From the NCBI GenBank assembly GCA_043228905.1, contig JBHGNT010000002.1, positions 26,040,001 to 26,104,000 on the forward strand: a stretch of 64,000 nt of DNA, read 5' to 3'. This DNA comes from Azolla caroliniana. Its lineage: Eukaryota; Plantae; Polypodiophyta. The translations under genes and the position numbers were made by a program. The notes below the pieces were generated by a model. That model did no database searches and was not told the origin of the DNA. It saw only the letters and a list, made by a program, of their open reading frames with translations. Below are positions 12,560 to 25,500 of the stretch, piece after piece. The number at the start of each line of letters is the position of its first letter. Position 1 is the stretch's first letter.

Positions 12560-14677
12560 ATCAACTTCTCACAAAACTGTGCATAATTCATTCACTCTGA
12601 TAATGGTTCTTGATGCTTTATACGAGCACAAGTTATACAATTAATGACACAAACATTGCATAATTCATCCACTCTGATAACGGTTTATACAAGCACAAGT
12701 TATACAATTAATAACACAAGCAATTTATATGTCAAGCACAAGTTATACAATTGTACGACACACTTAGCAAAATTTCAATAATCTCAGCTTTTCAATTAAA
12801 TGTACTTAAATGTACTGCATGATTCAAGGCTAATACTTGGCATTAATTAGCACAGTATACAAAACTATTTAATGCTCTCTGATAAGCATGCAAAACCCAG
12901 CATATAACTTGACCAAAAAATACAAGTTTGCAACTATTTTTGCGTCACACTAACTTCATTAATGCATGAAATCTGTAAATCATGTAATACCATTAATTCC
13001 TTCCATTGCTCCTTGAATGACATGCCGGGCAGCTGAATCATATACCAATTTGGTTGTCGTGGCAGGACCAAATACAGTATCTTCAAGTAGAAACAAAAGA
13101 AAAACATATATAGCAACTTATACGAACATCCAGATTTGTACCTGCATTACAAGTTTACTTATCATACAAAATCTCTTCAATTTTACCAAAAGCATAAGCT
13201 GTTTCATGATTGAATTTGCTCCGAACGATCATTTCACCATCTGGATACCACGAGATGTCATCCCCTCTCTGGATCTCTCTTCCACTAATATAAACAGAAA
13301 AATGATTCAAAACTTTTTCCTAACCCACAAGATTAATTGCACTAATATTGCAATTTGATACTTAATCCAGAGCCGAGAGTATTAATTGCATTCCAAGGGT
13401 TATAAAAACCTTCACATCGCAATGACCTTACGTTCAAATTATTTTCATTTTCCATGATATATCATCAAATTAAAATGCATTGTTAACACCAATCAAACTA
13501 ACGATTAACAATAAGATCTCTTATTAGTAATATGGCCCATAACATTGCTAATTTGTGTTTCCAATGACCATTCTCATTCTTTTCTTCCATAACTGCTGCC
13601 CACAATATATATGCCATGTTAACTGTTTGAAGCTTAATGGGTTGATTTTCTGGCAGATTGTTTATCAGGAAAGATTAACCCAATGACTATATGCAAAATG
13701 TGCCTTGGGCAATACTACCTTCATCACTAATTATGTAAATGATGTTTGAATGGTACATTTTTTGCTTTGAATAATAGGTGGTATTACTCCTATGGTATGT
13801 AATATTCTCATTTATCTAGAGTGTTGTACCTTTTATTTGCTAAGAGTGAATAATTTTCTGGATTTGATCTCATGGTTTTTATCCCTCCTAGATGGTTTTC
13901 CACGTTGAAAGTTATGGTGTATTATGCATTCTTTTCATTGTTGTTTATCTTAAATAACTTGCATCCGTTTATCTGGTGGTCTTCATGAATTTGATCAACA
14001 ATATGTATAATTGATCTTGATAAGGTATATTATCTCATTAGCACGAAAAATCTCAAATCAATGAAATGTTTTGCACGTATGTATCTAGTATGTATCTACA
14101 TCCATGTACACATATATGCATATAAATGCACATAAGACGTAGACACAAGCATGCAATATACACATATCTATAATTTTTTTCCCAACAGAACAGCATTGTA
14201 TATATACACATATCATATATAGTTGTCAAATTCAAATGATTTGTGAAATTGAGGTTTATGATAGTTTTGTCACATTGATGGGGTCCTTTGTATATATAAC
14301 AAGTATTATCAATTGTGATTCAAATGTGTGTGTGCACATAACTACCATACCCGGAATCTAACTATACACACATAATTACCGTACTAATACAATCATATTT
14401 GTATTGTGGAACTATTATTAAAATCCAATGAAAAGCAATGGATCAAATTTGCGGAATGAGTCAATGAATAGAATCAATCAAAGAAAGAATGGGGCTGATT
14501 GAAAGTAAAGGTTATAAATTTACTTACTAACCTTATTGGTCTAAATCGAATGATGACTGAGATGCACTCTCTACCCTTCATTACAGAATCCGCATCGCTA
14601 ATCATTAGTTTCTGATGACGATAATGGATACTAAAGATATGATTATCATGATTATGTCCTGGACCATGGTTTCTCAT
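6753..14677 (-). CDS. KIN7: Kinesin-7 (CENP-E-related, KIN7C/D/E / MKRP subgroup); exons 14677-14532, 13284-13187, 13080-12991, 12462-12410, 12191-12126, 11999-11946, 11837-11778, 11479-11401, 11324-11257, 11168-11106, 10864-10655, 10563-10456, 10343-10188, 10079-9891, 9416-9162, 9070-8930, 8426-8298, 8175-8125, 8029-7727, 7622-7466, 7264-6906, uncertain last exon 6803-6753
   Basis: All listed junctions are GT-AG and phase-compatible. Motor motifs: IRFRP, P-loop [16 protein letters not shown], switch I SSRSH, switch [43 protein letters not shown]. Subfamily motifs: [64 protein letters not shown]. Start codon and terminal exon are less certain. Confidence 0.92.
11530..11730. mobile_element. 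Fold-back MITE-like insertion in a kinesin intron
   Basis: Inverted arms cagaacaccc...cagaatacccct / aggggtattctg...gtgtgttctg plus an internal ~30-bp tandem duplication. Similar aaatacccct/aagggtatt motifs occur at ~40080-40330 and ~41035-41280. Confidence 0.5.
12514..12556. repeat. (CT)n microsatellite, kinesin intron
   Basis: Perfect dinucleotide run. Confidence 0.95.
12580..12765. repeat. Degenerate tandem repeat (2-3 units, ~60-75 bp) in a kinesin intron
   Basis: tgcataattcat(t/c)cactctgataa occurs twice and agcacaagttatacaatt three times. Confidence 0.8.
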
Positions 14678-14781
14678 GAGGTATGAAGGGCCTCAACATG
14701 CTAGCTGCCATGGAGAAGATGAAGAAGAGGAAAACATGAGACGCAGAAAACGGAGCAACAGAGAAAGAACTAGTGTCCAGA

Positions 14782-14848
14782 AGAGAGAGAGAGAGAGAGA
14801 GAGAGAAATGGAGATCGTGAAGAGAGATGGTATGAAGGTGAAGAAGGT

Positions 14849-14899
<51 letters not shown>

Positions 14900-14950
14900 G
14901 TATTCGTATTCGTATTCGTATTGTGTATTTGTATTTGTATTTTGTATTTT
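14782..14950. repeat. (GA)n, (TC)n and (TCGTAT/TGTATT)n microsatellite cluster in the kinesin 5' UTR/promoter
   Basis: GA run at ~14782-14806, TC run at ~14851-14896, hexamer run to ~14950. Confidence 0.9.
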
Positions 14951-16380
14951 TGAGTAGGTTTTTAATTTGTACTCGTATTTATATGTATTTTTGCATTTTC
15001 TTTTTCTATGCATTTTTTATTTTAATATTTTGCAATTATATATATATATATATATATTGAATTTTTTCTATTTTTGTATTTTATGTTGATTTTATTTGCA
15101 TTTTATAATTGATTTTTTTTTTATATTCTTCTTTGTTATTTTTGTAGTTCACAATATTCTCTATTAATCATGTTTAATAACAACATATTGTGTTTTTATT
15201 TGAATTGCGTATCTTTATTACTGGTCTTAATTGATATTTATTGTTTTTAATATGTGTATTTATTCGTTTTAATGATTTTTGCATCATGATTGTGCTATGT
15301 GTGTGCTTATGTGTGTGCTATGTGTGTGTGTGTGTATTTTTTTTCAATTGAATTGTTGCCCCCCCCCCCCAATCTTTGTTCATTCATGTAATAGACATGA
15401 TGATTCTTTTCTTATTACCATAAATACCCTTCCAATGACATACATAAATCTTGCACGAAATAAACCAAATTAAGAATTTTGAAATTCCCTAGATGCCCTC
15501 CTAATCACTCTTAAGGTTTTGCTTGTTAGTTAGCTAATAACTGGTTAATCATTAGCAAACAAAAAAACCCCAGCAAAACATAAACCAAGATTCAACATAA
15601 ACACTGAGAATCCAAAAGTAAGCACCCACAATTTCCGAATGTGGCCAATGCAAGCCCCCAAAAGTTTGGCCAAATCGAGTAATGAATGTGTTTTCGCACC
15701 CATGAAGGAGGATTGAAAGTTTTGTAAATCTGTCATGGGCTCTATAAGCAGCCAACATCCACACATATGCGTTTTTCTCCGACACGTTATAAGGAGAAAA
15801 ACCTCTTAGCCATCTGTAACATACTTCTTTGTTTCCCCAAACACCCTGGGTCAAACCCCCAAATGAGAGAAATGGGGGACCCTGTAATTCCTTTGACACG
15901 CATTGGAAGGAAGGGCACTCAGGGAAATAAAGAAGAAGTGGGGAGGACCATTTGGATAATTAAAGGTCTTTGGGGTATTCATATGTACTTCACTAGATTA
16001 AGACGAGGCAAGCTTCATGAAGTGTTTACATCAATTAATGACATTTATGATTTATTATTCTCTCTCTGATTTCGATTTCTTTGTCACTATTTTCGGGGCG
16101 AAGTCATCAAAATGAGGAGAGGTTTGGTGATCTACGACCAAAAATAAAGTGTTGTTCTCTAAAAGAGTTTAGCAATTGCATGTCGAGCCACACCAAAAAG
16201 TATTGATGTGAACTAAATCGATAACTTGGTCTTTGCCATTTATAATCACATAAGATCAACATTTGAGATAAATTATGTGAGAATTGAGAAGAGCTCAAAC
16301 CATCCCATCCATACGAGAAGGGGACATCATTTCATAGTGTTTTTCTAAATGGAATTAGTTGAATCCTTATGGTAACCAAT

Positions 16381-16653
16381 AGGCACTTGTCTATTTGTAG
16401 GTTGTTGGCAAAGCAATTAAGAAGCCCCCCATTGTTGATGAAGTATCACCATATGATCCAAAATACAATGTTTGCGCATTGATAACAAAGTGACTCAAAA
16501 TGCAACATAAATTGTATAGGCACTTGTCTATTTGTAGGTTGTTGAGAAAGCAACTAAGAATCCCCCCATTGTTGATGAAGTATCACCATATGATCCAAAA
16601 TACAATGTTTGCGCATTGATAAAGAGTGACTCAAAATGCAACATAAATTGTAT
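16381..16653. repeat. Direct tandem duplication, 2 x ~137 bp
   Basis: aggcacttgtctatttgtagg...acataaattgtat starts at 16381 and again at 16518, with a few substitutions. Confidence 0.92.
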
Positions 16654-19600
16654 GTTGTGGAGATTAAAGGCATGTGGTTTATAATAAACTTTGGAGTGGG
16701 AGATGTTATAATGATTTTGAAACGTATGCCTATAGGCACCACACTAATCAAACCATTATGACATGAATATCTCCAGAAAGGCAAACATTTGTGGATAACT
16801 CTACTTAATTGAGAAGGTTCAAAAGGATGAGTTTGATTAAACACATTGCAGACAAATATTTACTTGTTAAATTGATAACAATATGTAGGGTTTCTTGGGT
16901 TTAATAGTCATTGACACACTAATTGTGTTAATAATTTGATACTATAACCAGATTTTATTGATCTTAATATGAAATTAGGAAAGGCATCCTCAGTTCAAAG
17001 GTGGATATTGTTATCTCGATAACAATCTTTTCCTGACTCAAGGCAAATTACCAACATTTACAAATCCAAACCAGGTTTATTTATGTTTGCGCCTTCTCAA
17101 CTTTATCTAAATAAAGAAACTTAAGTTGGGTGTGTTGGGAGATGTTGGCCATGATGGATGGCTTGAGATTCTTCTCAATTCAAACCCAAGGGAACAATGA
17201 CACATGTCGAAATGTTTGGTGATTTATGTAGTTGACTTTGGACCATTTGATTAATCTTAGCATCGTGCTTGACCAAGTGTTTATTCTCTCGGAGTGATGG
17301 AATTGGTGAATGGGATTATGTGAAGGCAAGCAAGATGACTCCATCATACAATTTTCAGGATAGATCCCATCATACAATTTTCAAGATAGATCCAATATTG
17401 CGAGTTTATTGTTACAAATATTACTTAAGGCTTATGGTTCATGGGCATTTGGATCTATGGTTATTTTATACTTTTTGAGTCTTCATGTGCAACTATTTGC
17501 GTGTACAAGTATGTGTGATTCCTAAGACGAGTTATTCTTCCTTGGTTGTCATTGTTCGTCCTTCAGTTGTACATCAACATCACACCACATCTAAGTTCTT
17601 TGTATCATATATTTTCGTACATATAAACTTGTTGTGTGTTGTTGTTCATCATTGTGCTCACCGTCTCACACTAATGATGTGGTTTAGTACGGTATGATAC
17701 ATGAAATATTTCAATTAAGTACTTTTTCATAATATGATGAGCATTGTGCTAAAAATAATGGTGTAAATAACCATAAAATTATCAATTCTAATTTTTTCAT
17801 TAAAAATGTAAGAAGTACTATGCTACTAAGATGACGTTTGATTTTGTCAAACTGTTGTTTTTCTAGAAGAATCCATGTGTTTTAGGCATGGTATATGCAC
17901 ATTGTCTACTTATATCTAATTAGATTCATATTAATATTGTCTTGCATGAGTGTACAATCCACAATAAAGTGTCAAGAATTTACCATAAGAGATGTAGTGA
18001 GACTCTTAATAGACAATGCATGCAAAAATTGAAGTACATAGATACAATAGCTCATCAATCTACAACTCTCGAACTTTGATTTCATTTAACAATAGTTTAA
18101 CAAATTGCTTATTTGTAGCTCATCCCTATTCATGTAAGAGCATTTTCAAATATGTATGAATGTATGCTACTAAGAGAGAAGCCTACTTTAGAAGTGTGAG
18201 TCAACTCATAGGTTTTGGGTTCAAATTTGTTTTTTTCCAAAACAAAATATCCTTCCATTAGTTTTAAAAAACCTATCAAGTGCAAACTACAAAAGAGATG
18301 AAAAAGAAGAGGAAAAAGGACTATCCCAATGACTAGCCATGGATCCTGCCGCCTACTTTCATCATACCAGAAAATGACATCATAATAATTAGAAACCTTA
18401 CACAGGCCTTCAAGGATACAGTTGTATAGCATCCTCATTCTTATCCTACTCAATATATCCCAATAACATGGCAAGCCGTTGTATCATATCTCCTCGAATC
18501 ATATGTGATAAATGGCGACCTTCAACTTGCCTTCATTACATAAGACTTTGCAAGTATAATTATTCGTGATCGCTCCAACATGTATGCTATCATCTCAAAA
18601 CCGTAGGTCCAATCGAAGCTTCAACCATTGTTTCACAACGTCTTGTATATCCTAAGTAAACAAGCTTCCAACCTGGTTCTATATTCCCTCCATTCTCTTG
18701 AAACTACCTCGTATACATGAAGACAATAAACCACTACACACTTAGCAAAGGTTTTGCGAACTCGCAACTTGTGAGTTTGAGCTTTTGCATTTCTTCATTT
18801 AGCATTGCCTTAAAGAAGACAATTGTGTTGTTTTCAACCATTGCCCTTGTGTTTTGGGAAATGATTTGGGAAATGATTTGAAAAGTCATCTTTCAAGGAG
18901 CTAGCTATAAGTAGGCATAACCTCAAACAAAAAATACACAGACGTCTTTTAAAGAACACAAACATCAACTAATAATTAAATTAACTTTTTTATTGTTATA
19001 ATAATTATGCCATTAAACTCGCACTAAAAACATGAATCATTATTGTAATGAACGGAACATCAACAATATAAGATTAATGATATAAGGAACAAGCTTTACA
19101 CTATAGTTCACATTGGTAGAATGGTTATATTTCAAATTGGACTAGCCTTCCAAACACATAATGTACGAGGGTGAGCTTTGTGGCATGAAAACTCTATAGT
19201 ATGGTAAACTCTTGAATCTATAAATGTTTAAATTGATAGGTGATAAGAAATCATGTTTGTATTTGGTAAATTGGTAAACTCATTACAAACACTAAATCAT
19301 GATTTAGTGTTTGTTATGAGCTTGTGATCCATGTATAGCTCAAATATTGTTGATCCACGCCGTCTCTTAAATATGATTTATACGTTTTGGTTGCAAACTA
19401 GAACAAATGCCATATGTTTTGAGGACTCTTAACATGATATGGTTGCTTGGCCTTATCCCTATACTTGTCAATTCATATTGCTTACATGGTGAAATTTAGT
19501 GTGGTCTGATTTTGTTACGTCTTATTGTCTAGAAAGTCATCAAAGAACCCTTGTTTTTTTTTAATGCATCACACTTGCTTACTAAGACTCGCTACTTAAG

Positions 19601-19689
19601 TGGTTTGGTATTCACTTGGATACCAAGTTTTGCTCTGTATTCAGTGATACCTTTCATTGTTTTGAATAAACAAAACCTAAAAAAGAGTT

Positions 19690-22156
19690 TTTTGGAGGCA
19701 ATTGGCCGATGGCTTGCCGACTGCAGATGCGTGGATCCTCGCAGGGGATTTTAACATGACTTTGTACACAGAGGACAAGGTGGGGGGCATGCATACGGTG
19801 GTGCAAGGGTTAGAGTTAGTTGCATGGAATTTGCTTGATGGGCAGAATGGGGGTGAAAGATGCTTGGTATGTACTAAAAAAGCCTCGAAGCTCACTAAGC
19901 TTCTCAAGAGCAGGCTGCAATATCAATGGCTTTTGTATGTCTCGCATAGACAAAATACACATAACCTCGGAACTGGAAAAATATGGCAGTTGTTAGAGTT
20001 ATGATCTAACGTAAGCATATGATAAGGATAAAACATATATTAAATAAGAAAGGAGAGAGAGAAAGAAGGGTGTTGATCCACCCGACCACCCCTGAGCGAA
20101 GGGATCGAGACGGACTCGAGCCTTGATCGGCGTCCCATACCATCGTCATGGCGTCGAGTTGTACATGGTGCTGGTGCACTTGCTACAAGAGTTTACCCAC
20201 CACGAAACAGAGTCTCGTCGAAATCAAGAGATGATGAAATGAGGTTAGCTAAGCCTCATATTTATAGCGAGACCCAAGACCCCCATGCAAATTCACACTT
20301 GGCCTAATGGGTTGTCTCAATCCCGAGGATTAAAAGTAATCCTCCCCTTCTTTACACTCTCGTTTAACCCTAACACTTATCCACGTGTATAGAATACTAC
20401 GGTAAATTCTCACCACAGGATATTATATGTTCATGCCCGTAACAACATCCTTGTTGAAATCATCATAGGTTCGGCTTACTCTGATCATATGTTGGTTAAG
20501 ATTACATTGGTCAATGAGAGGAGGCACAAAAGGGACTGCAACCTGAGGATTAGAAGTAAACTTTTTGAGGATGCAGAGGTGGGAAGGAAGATAAGGAGAA
20601 TATGGGAAAATAATCCAGCTAGTTGTGGTGCACTGGATAATCTTCGAGGAAAGATTATTGAAACTTCAATGTATTTGCCTGAAGAGACTAAAAATAGAAT
20701 TGTGAGGTCTAAGGAAAGAGAGGTGAGATTAAGAAGATCGATAGCGGTTGCCAAAAGAATGCTTCAGAAAAATCCCAAGTGTCAATGGTCTAGATCAAGT
20801 CTTGAGGTTGCTAAAGAAACACTACAACGGTTGATCGCATCTAGAAACAAGATGGTATTCAGGAGTTCGACAACATGGTGGAGCGCGAATGGGGACAAGT
20901 TGAACCAACACTTTTTTAAGTATAAAAAACCGAGAACAACAATAGCTACAATCCTAAGCTGGTTAAGGAGGATGGTTCACTGTCGGAGGATGTATCAGAG
21001 ATCATGGAGGCGGTCACAACACACTATAGTGGGCTACTCTCATCTAGTTATAGTATCCCCGACCAGCCTTCATTGGCAAAACTTGTACTGGAGGGAATGC
21101 AACCAGGAATTTCAGTTGATGCACAAGTTAATTTGTCCGGGCCATTCTTGGAAGAGGAGGTGTCAGACGCTTTGGCAAGTATATGTAGCACGTCTATTCC
21201 ATGCTTTGACGGATTATCAAAAGTTTTTTTTGAATTTTTTTGGGAAGTGATTAAAGTTGACTTGGTTGCTGGTCTAAACGAGGCATGGGATATTGGGTAC
21301 TTACTTGAGCATTTTAAGGAGGGGCTGATATTTCTAATTCCTAAGGTACATGGTATAATAACGGATGTGAGGCAATGGAGACCGATTACGTTGATCAACA
21401 CAATCTATAAGATTTTTGCTAATATTCTGGCCAAGAGGGTCAAACCCCACTTGCATGCGCTAATTAATGTTGGACAAACAGGAAATTTCATGAAAAATAG
21501 ATGTATAATTGATAATGTGTTGAACTTTAGGTGGCGATTGCCTTGGGAAAGACATATTGCATGTCTCATGCTTGACTTCGAGAAGGCATATGACAAAATA
21601 CAGTGGCCTTTTTTAGACAAAGTCATGGAGAGGTTGGGACTACCCTCAAAATGGATATCGGCAGCGTTGGCCCTTTACAAAGGAAGCTTGAGTAGGGTGT
21701 TGGTGTTAGGGCATCGGGGCCCACCAATTCCATTATGTAGGTCTATCATGTAAGGGTGCCCGTTGGCCCCCTATCTTTATTTATTTATTTCAGAGGCATT
21801 CTCTTTCTTTTTAAATAGACTGGATGCAGGAATACAGGGATTAGTTGTCCCACATGCGTGCACGGATTTGCTGGACTCAATGTATGTAGATGACACTATG
21901 CTCTATCTGCAAGGCAACGACGGATTGAATTGTTTTGTAAAGCATCAGGAGGGAAAAATTAATTGGAACAAAAGTAGAGGGTTCTATGTAAGTCCAAACC
22001 CATGGTCGCTTTGGCGCGCTAATGTTGATTTTCAATGGGTCCCTAATGGAATGGCTGTTAAATATTTGGGCTTTTTGGTGGGAGTTGAGATTCACAAAAA
22101 TCACCAGCTAAATCAAGTGAAAGACAAAATTAGAAAAAATCTTCGGTTATGGGCAT
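19690..22156 (+). mobile_element. Decayed L1-like LINE ORF2 (APE endonuclease + reverse transcriptase), interrupted at 19991-20444 and truncated at 22156
   Basis: Endonuclease motifs WILAGDFN, SRIDKI and SDH. RT motifs WRPITLIN..YKIFA..LAKR, LDFEKAYDKIQW, SIM*GCPLAPYLY, YVDDT and KYLG. Contains frameshifts and stops. Confidence 0.9.
19991..20444 (-). mobile_element. Probable solo LTR (454 bp) inserted in the LINE endonuclease
   Basis: TGTTA...TAACA inverted termini and a minus-strand CTATAAATA box near 20260. Removing it plus 5 bp restores the LINE frame (KYGS|LVEIIIGSAYSDH). The flanking 5-mers gcagt and acatc match only 2/5. Confidence 0.6.
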
Positions 22157-22537
22157 TGTTAAGAATCAAGCTCAACTTGGTCTAGTGTGTGAACTCACCT
22201 TGAGAGTGAATAGACACTCCAACGGTCAAGAGTCACCATTATGTCACCTCTTTGTATTCTAGCATTTAGTATGAGTCATAGAATCATATTCTATAACACA
22301 TAACTTATGAGCTTTCACATTCCCCATGCTCCACGAGTCTTGTAGTTAATAAAGAGAGAGGGTGACTATATAAAGCACCCTCCTCCCACCTTGTATAGTG
22401 TTAAGTATTTCTCCTTTGTTAATATACTTTTACCTTGCGTATTCTCTGTGTCTTACTCTCACTCTCTCTCCCTCTCTCATACACACACATAACTCACATC
22501 TCTTCCGCTTAACAAGAATCATATCCGATTCTTTACA
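22157..22537 (+). repeat. 5' LTR of Copia copy A (381 bp)
   Basis: tgttaagaatc...tctttaca with a TATATAAA box at ~22367. Reverse-complement homolog of 31053-31450. Confidence 0.92.
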
Positions 22538-22549
22538 TGGTATCAGAGC
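22538..22549 (+). other. Primer-binding site (initiator tRNA-Met)
   Basis: TGGTATCAGAGC immediately after the LTR. Confidence 0.92.
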
Positions 22550-25500
22550 GATTTGGTAGCTCGATCTAGCCCATTCGCCTCATCGTGATCGTGTGTTGTG
22601 CTCCACGCCGACGACCAAGAACCGGCTCATCGCTATCGTAGCTTCGCTACATAGCTCGCATTCGAAGAGAGAAGAAGAAGAAGAAGAATTGACATAATGA
22701 ATACTCAAATGGGGAGCGCTCTCCCTACCGAGAAGTTGGATCGAAACAACTTCGCATCTTGGGAGTACAAGATGCACCAATACCTTGTCGGACAAGGCTA
22801 TTGGAGCTACATCAAAGGAGCGCATGAAGACTGACCCGCCGAAGCGGCTCCCGGATACGCGACATGGGAGCAAGCCGCAAGCCGCGTGATGTATTTCTTG
22901 GCGACATGTGTTCACAATCACATGCTCGGATACATTCGTGAAGCCAAGACGCCGAAGGAGGCATGGGAAAATCTACGAAAGATTTTTGCGACAAACACAA
23001 CCGCAAGAAGGCTTCAACTCCACCAAGAGTTGAACAACATTCAACAAAGGGACATGTCCATTACGACATACACCTCGTAGATCAAGGAGCTTTGCGATTC
23101 TCTCGGCTCCATAAGCATAAATATCGATGATGATGACATGGTTCAAATATGCCTCGGTGGCCTCGCACCACGGTTCGGCACGATGCGAACCGCCGTTCTA
23201 GCACGAGAGAAATCTCCCTCCTTCTTCGAGCTCCAATCCATGCTATTGGTCAAAGGAAACCATGTGCGTACAAGGAGCAATGAGTCGGAAGACCACATGC
23301 TCTACACGCACTCGAATGGAGCAAGAGGACGCGGACGGTCGAGAGGCCGATTCGGCCGAGGACAAGGCGGATGAGGTCCGACCTACGATAACAACTCCCA
23401 ATTTCGGCCGGAAAACGGAAGCCAACGACGAACCTTCGCAAGAAGGGGGAGCGTCCACTCAGGCCCGAGCTCGGCCACCACAAAGAAGAGTGCCGAAAGA
23501 AGATGTGTTAATCGGCTTCCACAAGCCGACAACTCATGAATTACACGCACAATTCCGACTACGAAGAGTATAGCGAAATGTACGGGCACAAATACGACCA
23601 TGGCGCAATGTTCATGATGAAACATAGAGCAAACTCTATGTCGGCCTCTACCTCAACTAGTGCCCTATATCCTGAGGACGTATGGTTTGGTCTCTGTTCG
23701 GCCAAAGAGGTAAGCAAACATACATTAAAAATGTCTTGCATGTTACCACCATCACGAAGAATTTGGTCTTGGTCGGCCAAATGGTTGAGCAAGGGATGCA
23801 AGTACGATTCGACCAAGAAGAGTGCTTCATCGAAAAAGAAGGCCGAATCATCGCACGCGAAAAGCACGAAAGCTGACTCTAACATAGAGCTATGGCATAA
23901 GCGAATCGGCCACATCAAACTCAAAGCGATGAAAACGAATCATCGCACGCGGAAGAAGAGAGGGCCGGATGTTCATTCTCGATTCACACGAGATGACATC
24001 CGCCATGTTCGCGAAAAGCACAAAAGCTGACTCCGACATAGAGTTATGGCATAAGTGAATCGGCCACATCAATCTCAACAAACTCAAAGCAATGAAAACG
24101 AAAGGAGTTGTCATCGGACTCCCAACATTCAAAGAGAAGGAGATTGAAGGTGTATGCGAAGCGTGCCAATTCGGCAAGCAACACCGACACCCATTCCCGA
24201 AAGAGTGGAACGTAAGCAAAGGTCTACTCGACGTAGTTCATTCCGACGTATGGGGACCGGCGCAGACGGCTACATTCGGCGGATGCCGATATTACGTGCT
24301 CTTCATCAACGACTTTTCTAGGCACACTTGGATCTATCCGATGCGGCAAAAGAGCGAAGTGTTCAGACACTTCCAAAAATTCAAGAATGAAGTTGAGAAA
24401 GCCACGGGCCGACATGTACGATGTCTCCGATCGGATGGCGGCAAGGAGTACTTCTCGGACGATTTCACGGCATATCTCCGAAAGGAAGGAATTCGACGAG
24501 ACTTCACTTGCCGACACACTCCGCAACAAAACGGGGTAGCCGAGCGCAAAAATCGGCGCAAAAAGCTTGACCCGAAGTCGGAGAAATGTATTCTCGTAGG
24601 ATACTCATTGGAGCAAAAGGGGTACAAGTGCTACAACCCCTCAACTCGAAAATCTCAAGTAAGTCGAGACGTCATTTTTGATGAGTGCACATCTTGGTAC
24701 ACACCAGAGAAAATCTCAACTCTGACTCCGCTCGACCCGGAATCCACCGAACAAGAGATAGAGGATGAAGATTGCCTTACGCGCATGTTCGAAGAAAGTC
24801 CGATCACGACCCGACTAAGCGGACCACAAGAGCCTTTGAGCGATCAAAGCACATCACGGCCTAGCCTGGAGATGGACAAAGGCAAGGCGAAAATGCCGGA
24901 ATACGAAGACCATCGCTTCGACGATGATGATGAGTCGACTCACTCACTCGACAGTGAGTTCGGCGGCTTCGATGTACCAATCAGAGCAAAGAAAGCCCTC
25001 ATCTCTACAAATGAAAAGCTCCGTCGCTCCACTTGTGAAAAGAATCCAGTCAACCGATTCGGCTAGAACGACTACATGGCATATCATTATGCCTTTATGA
25101 TGAAGGTGGCGACAGTACGCGAGCCAGAAACATTTTTCGAAGCAGCCAAGGATTCGCGATGGATCAAACCATTAATGAGGAGATCCAGGCACTACGAAAG
25201 AATGAGACATGGGATCTCGTTCCCACCTCACCACACAAAAAGGCGATCAGATGCAGATGGATTTACAAAGTGAAGTACAACGCCGACGGTTCTGTCAACC
25301 GCTACAAAGCGTGACTCGTAGCGAAAGGCTACGCCCAAACGCACGGGGTTGACTACGAGGAGACCTTTGCCTCGGTGTGAAAGATGACGACGGTACGGAC
25401 CGTAATTGCGCTTGCCGCGGCGAAAGGGTGGCACCTCCATCAAATGGACGTCAAGAACGCTTTTCTACAAGGCGAATTAGAAGAGGAGGTGTACATGATA

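Noticed and set aside
14676-15013. ORFs with ERER/SLSL runs (also 12417-12644 and 60417-60817)
   Set aside because: These are translations of microsatellites.
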